A program made the translations under genes and the position numbers. Positions 35,021-36,743 of a stretch of 36,743 bases of DNA are shown here, piece after piece; the stretch's first letter is position 1, and each line of letters starts with the position of its first letter. Below the pieces are notes generated by a model that saw only the letters and a program-made list of their open reading frames with translations, was not told where the DNA came from and did not search any database. Source of the stretch: Psammoneis japonica. Its lineage: Eukaryota. The DNA is taken from positions 1 through 36,743 of the forward strand of contig QPGO01000094.1 of NCBI GenBank assembly GCA_008632985.1, read 5' to 3'.

Positions 35021-36018
35021 CTTATTATCTTCCACACGTAAACTGATAATGGTCTTCTAAAGACTGGTCCTGACTATTGACTTTCAGCTCCGGCAGAGCA
35101 ATCTACGTCAACCTGAAGCATGCAGTGCTGACAGCGAAGTTAGGTTGAGTCTTCACAACATTATTCCAGCCCAGCTTGCCAGTGCCGTATTAGTTTTTTC
35201 CCGTCCCGTTCCCTTTTCGTGTTTCTCACGACTTTTTCGAATTTTCCAAAGTACACTTTTCCTGATATTACAGAATACAATGGCTATCCAGCAGTTCCTC
35301 ACATCCAGCCACGGTTACATAATGAGTAGGAGTTGTACAGTAGAATTCGTTGAAACATACTGTACGACGTCAGCAAGAACATGTGTCTGGCATGCATCCT
35401 ACATAATGTGTACAGTACATACTACCGTAGGGCTATTGCACCCAATCGACGGACGCCTTCCGTTTTGTTTCGCGGTTCTCGCTATAGCGAGCGGCGTAGC
35501 ATCAGTCACTTTCATGGAGTGCACCGCTGGTCGTTGTCGACAACCTCCGTGTCTTGTGTTATACACCACTGTGGAGGAACCGGATGCAACGTCGTCTCAT
35601 GAAAAGGACACGTCTCTTGCAAAGGAAATCGAAGGCACCGTTGCCGCAACACTGGCGTCTCTTGCACCGCCGCGTAACGCAACGATCACAACTGCGACAG
35701 CGGAGGTGGCGCCGACTTCAACCATGACGAACCAACCGTCGTCGTTGGTGGAAGGAGACGTGCCGGCATCGCAGACTGCAGCAAAACCGCCTGCAAAGGA
35801 GCCAATCGCCCTCCCCCCATTGATCCCTTGCAAGGCATCCGAAATCCATGGAGGACTGGATTTGGTCACCATGCACAATTGCGAATCGGTGAACTCAAGC
35901 GGCACCATGCATTTTAAGGATCCAAACTGCGACATGAGTTCGATCCACACAACCGAAGCAAAAGCAGATGCAAACAACCTGGATCCTGGAAACAACGAAA
36001 CAACTGAGATGGCAGCAA

Positions 36019-36311
36019 NNNNNNNNNNNNNNNNNNNNNNNNNNNNNNNNNNNNNNNNNNNNNNNNNNNNNNNNNNNNNNNNNNNNNNNNNNNNNNNNNN
36101 NNNNNNNNNNNNNNNNNNNNNNNNNNNNNNNNNNNNNNNNNNNNNNNNNNNNNNNNNNNNNNNNNNNNNNNNNNNNNNNNNNNNNNNNNNNNNNNNNNNN
36201 NNNNNNNNNNNNNNNNNNNNNNNNNNNNNNNNNNNNNNNNNNNNNNNNNNNNNNNNNNNNNNNNNNNNNNNNNNNNNNNNNNNNNNNNNNNNNNNNNNNN
36301 NNNNNNNNNNN
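36019..36311. other. Assembly gap (N run)
   Basis: Run of n characters. Confidence 0.99.
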
Positions 36312-36743
36312 TTCGACGAAAATTGGCGGCTTCGCCTTCAGATGCGCGTTAAATTGAAGGTGCCTTGGAGGGATCACATCGAAATCGGTCGTTCTCAAAG
36401 GAAGGGCGCAGGACTCGGTGTCTTCGCATTGTCTTTCTTCCAGAAACAAGAGGTCATTGGCGTGTGCATTGGCACGGAAGTGTCTAGAAACCCAACTCCC
36501 TTCACTCACTGCTCTCATGACGAGCAGCACGGAATCGACCACAGCGACTGTCTCCTGACACTGCGCGAGCCCAGCGGTCACCATGTGACGGCAGCTCCCC
36601 AACCCTTGGAACTGGAAGAGGGTGAGAACACCAAGCCTCTACACCTGGGTGTGCATTGTGTGAACGATGCGGAGGACACCTTTGAAGACCCCACCAAAAT
36701 GACGAAGTTGGAAGTCAATGCCAGCAACTGTCATTTCAACAAC
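36312..36743 (+). pseudogene. SET-domain-like coding fragment, TpA-stripped, runs off the window end
   Basis: Open frame from 36312: IEIGRSQRKGAGLGVFALSFFQKQEVIGVCIG...PLHLGVHCVND...NCHFN, matching SET motifs GxGLFA / IGxYxG / xxxxN with Tyr positions replaced. Confidence 0.6.

Overview
Eukaryotic nuclear DNA, almost certainly from a diatom (Lhcf-type fucoxanthin-chlorophyll protein gene, short GT-AG introns, compact spacers). Two gene-dense blocks flank an ~11.4 kb transposon island (~6.8-18.2 kb). Left block: 3' end of an EH-domain gene, a mitochondrial-carrier-family gene, a TPR gene and RPS19; the last three carry 1-nt frameshifts that look like assembly errors. Right block: tRNA-Ser(GCT), DusA-like, Lhcf, CENP-O-like, an acyltransferase, a hypothetical gene, a PPR gene and MOCS3/UBA4. 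The island holds a degenerate Ty3/Gypsy element (two 367-bp LTRs, 4-bp TSD, PPT), a Harbinger-like DDE transposase remnant and a degenerate TIR element. An intact 322-bp MITE sits at 22.4 kb and a SET-domain fragment runs off the right end. The main signal is a repeat-restricted hypermutation that removes TpA (TA->TG/CA, i.e. A:T->G:C), the opposite of fungal RIP. It is supported by near-total TpA loss in sharply bounded domains, transition-only differences between the LTRs, and conserved Tyr/Leu codons converted to Cys/His/Ser/Pro in RT, transposase and SET motifs. All counts and alignments were done by eye, and family assignments rest on recalled motifs, not database searches.
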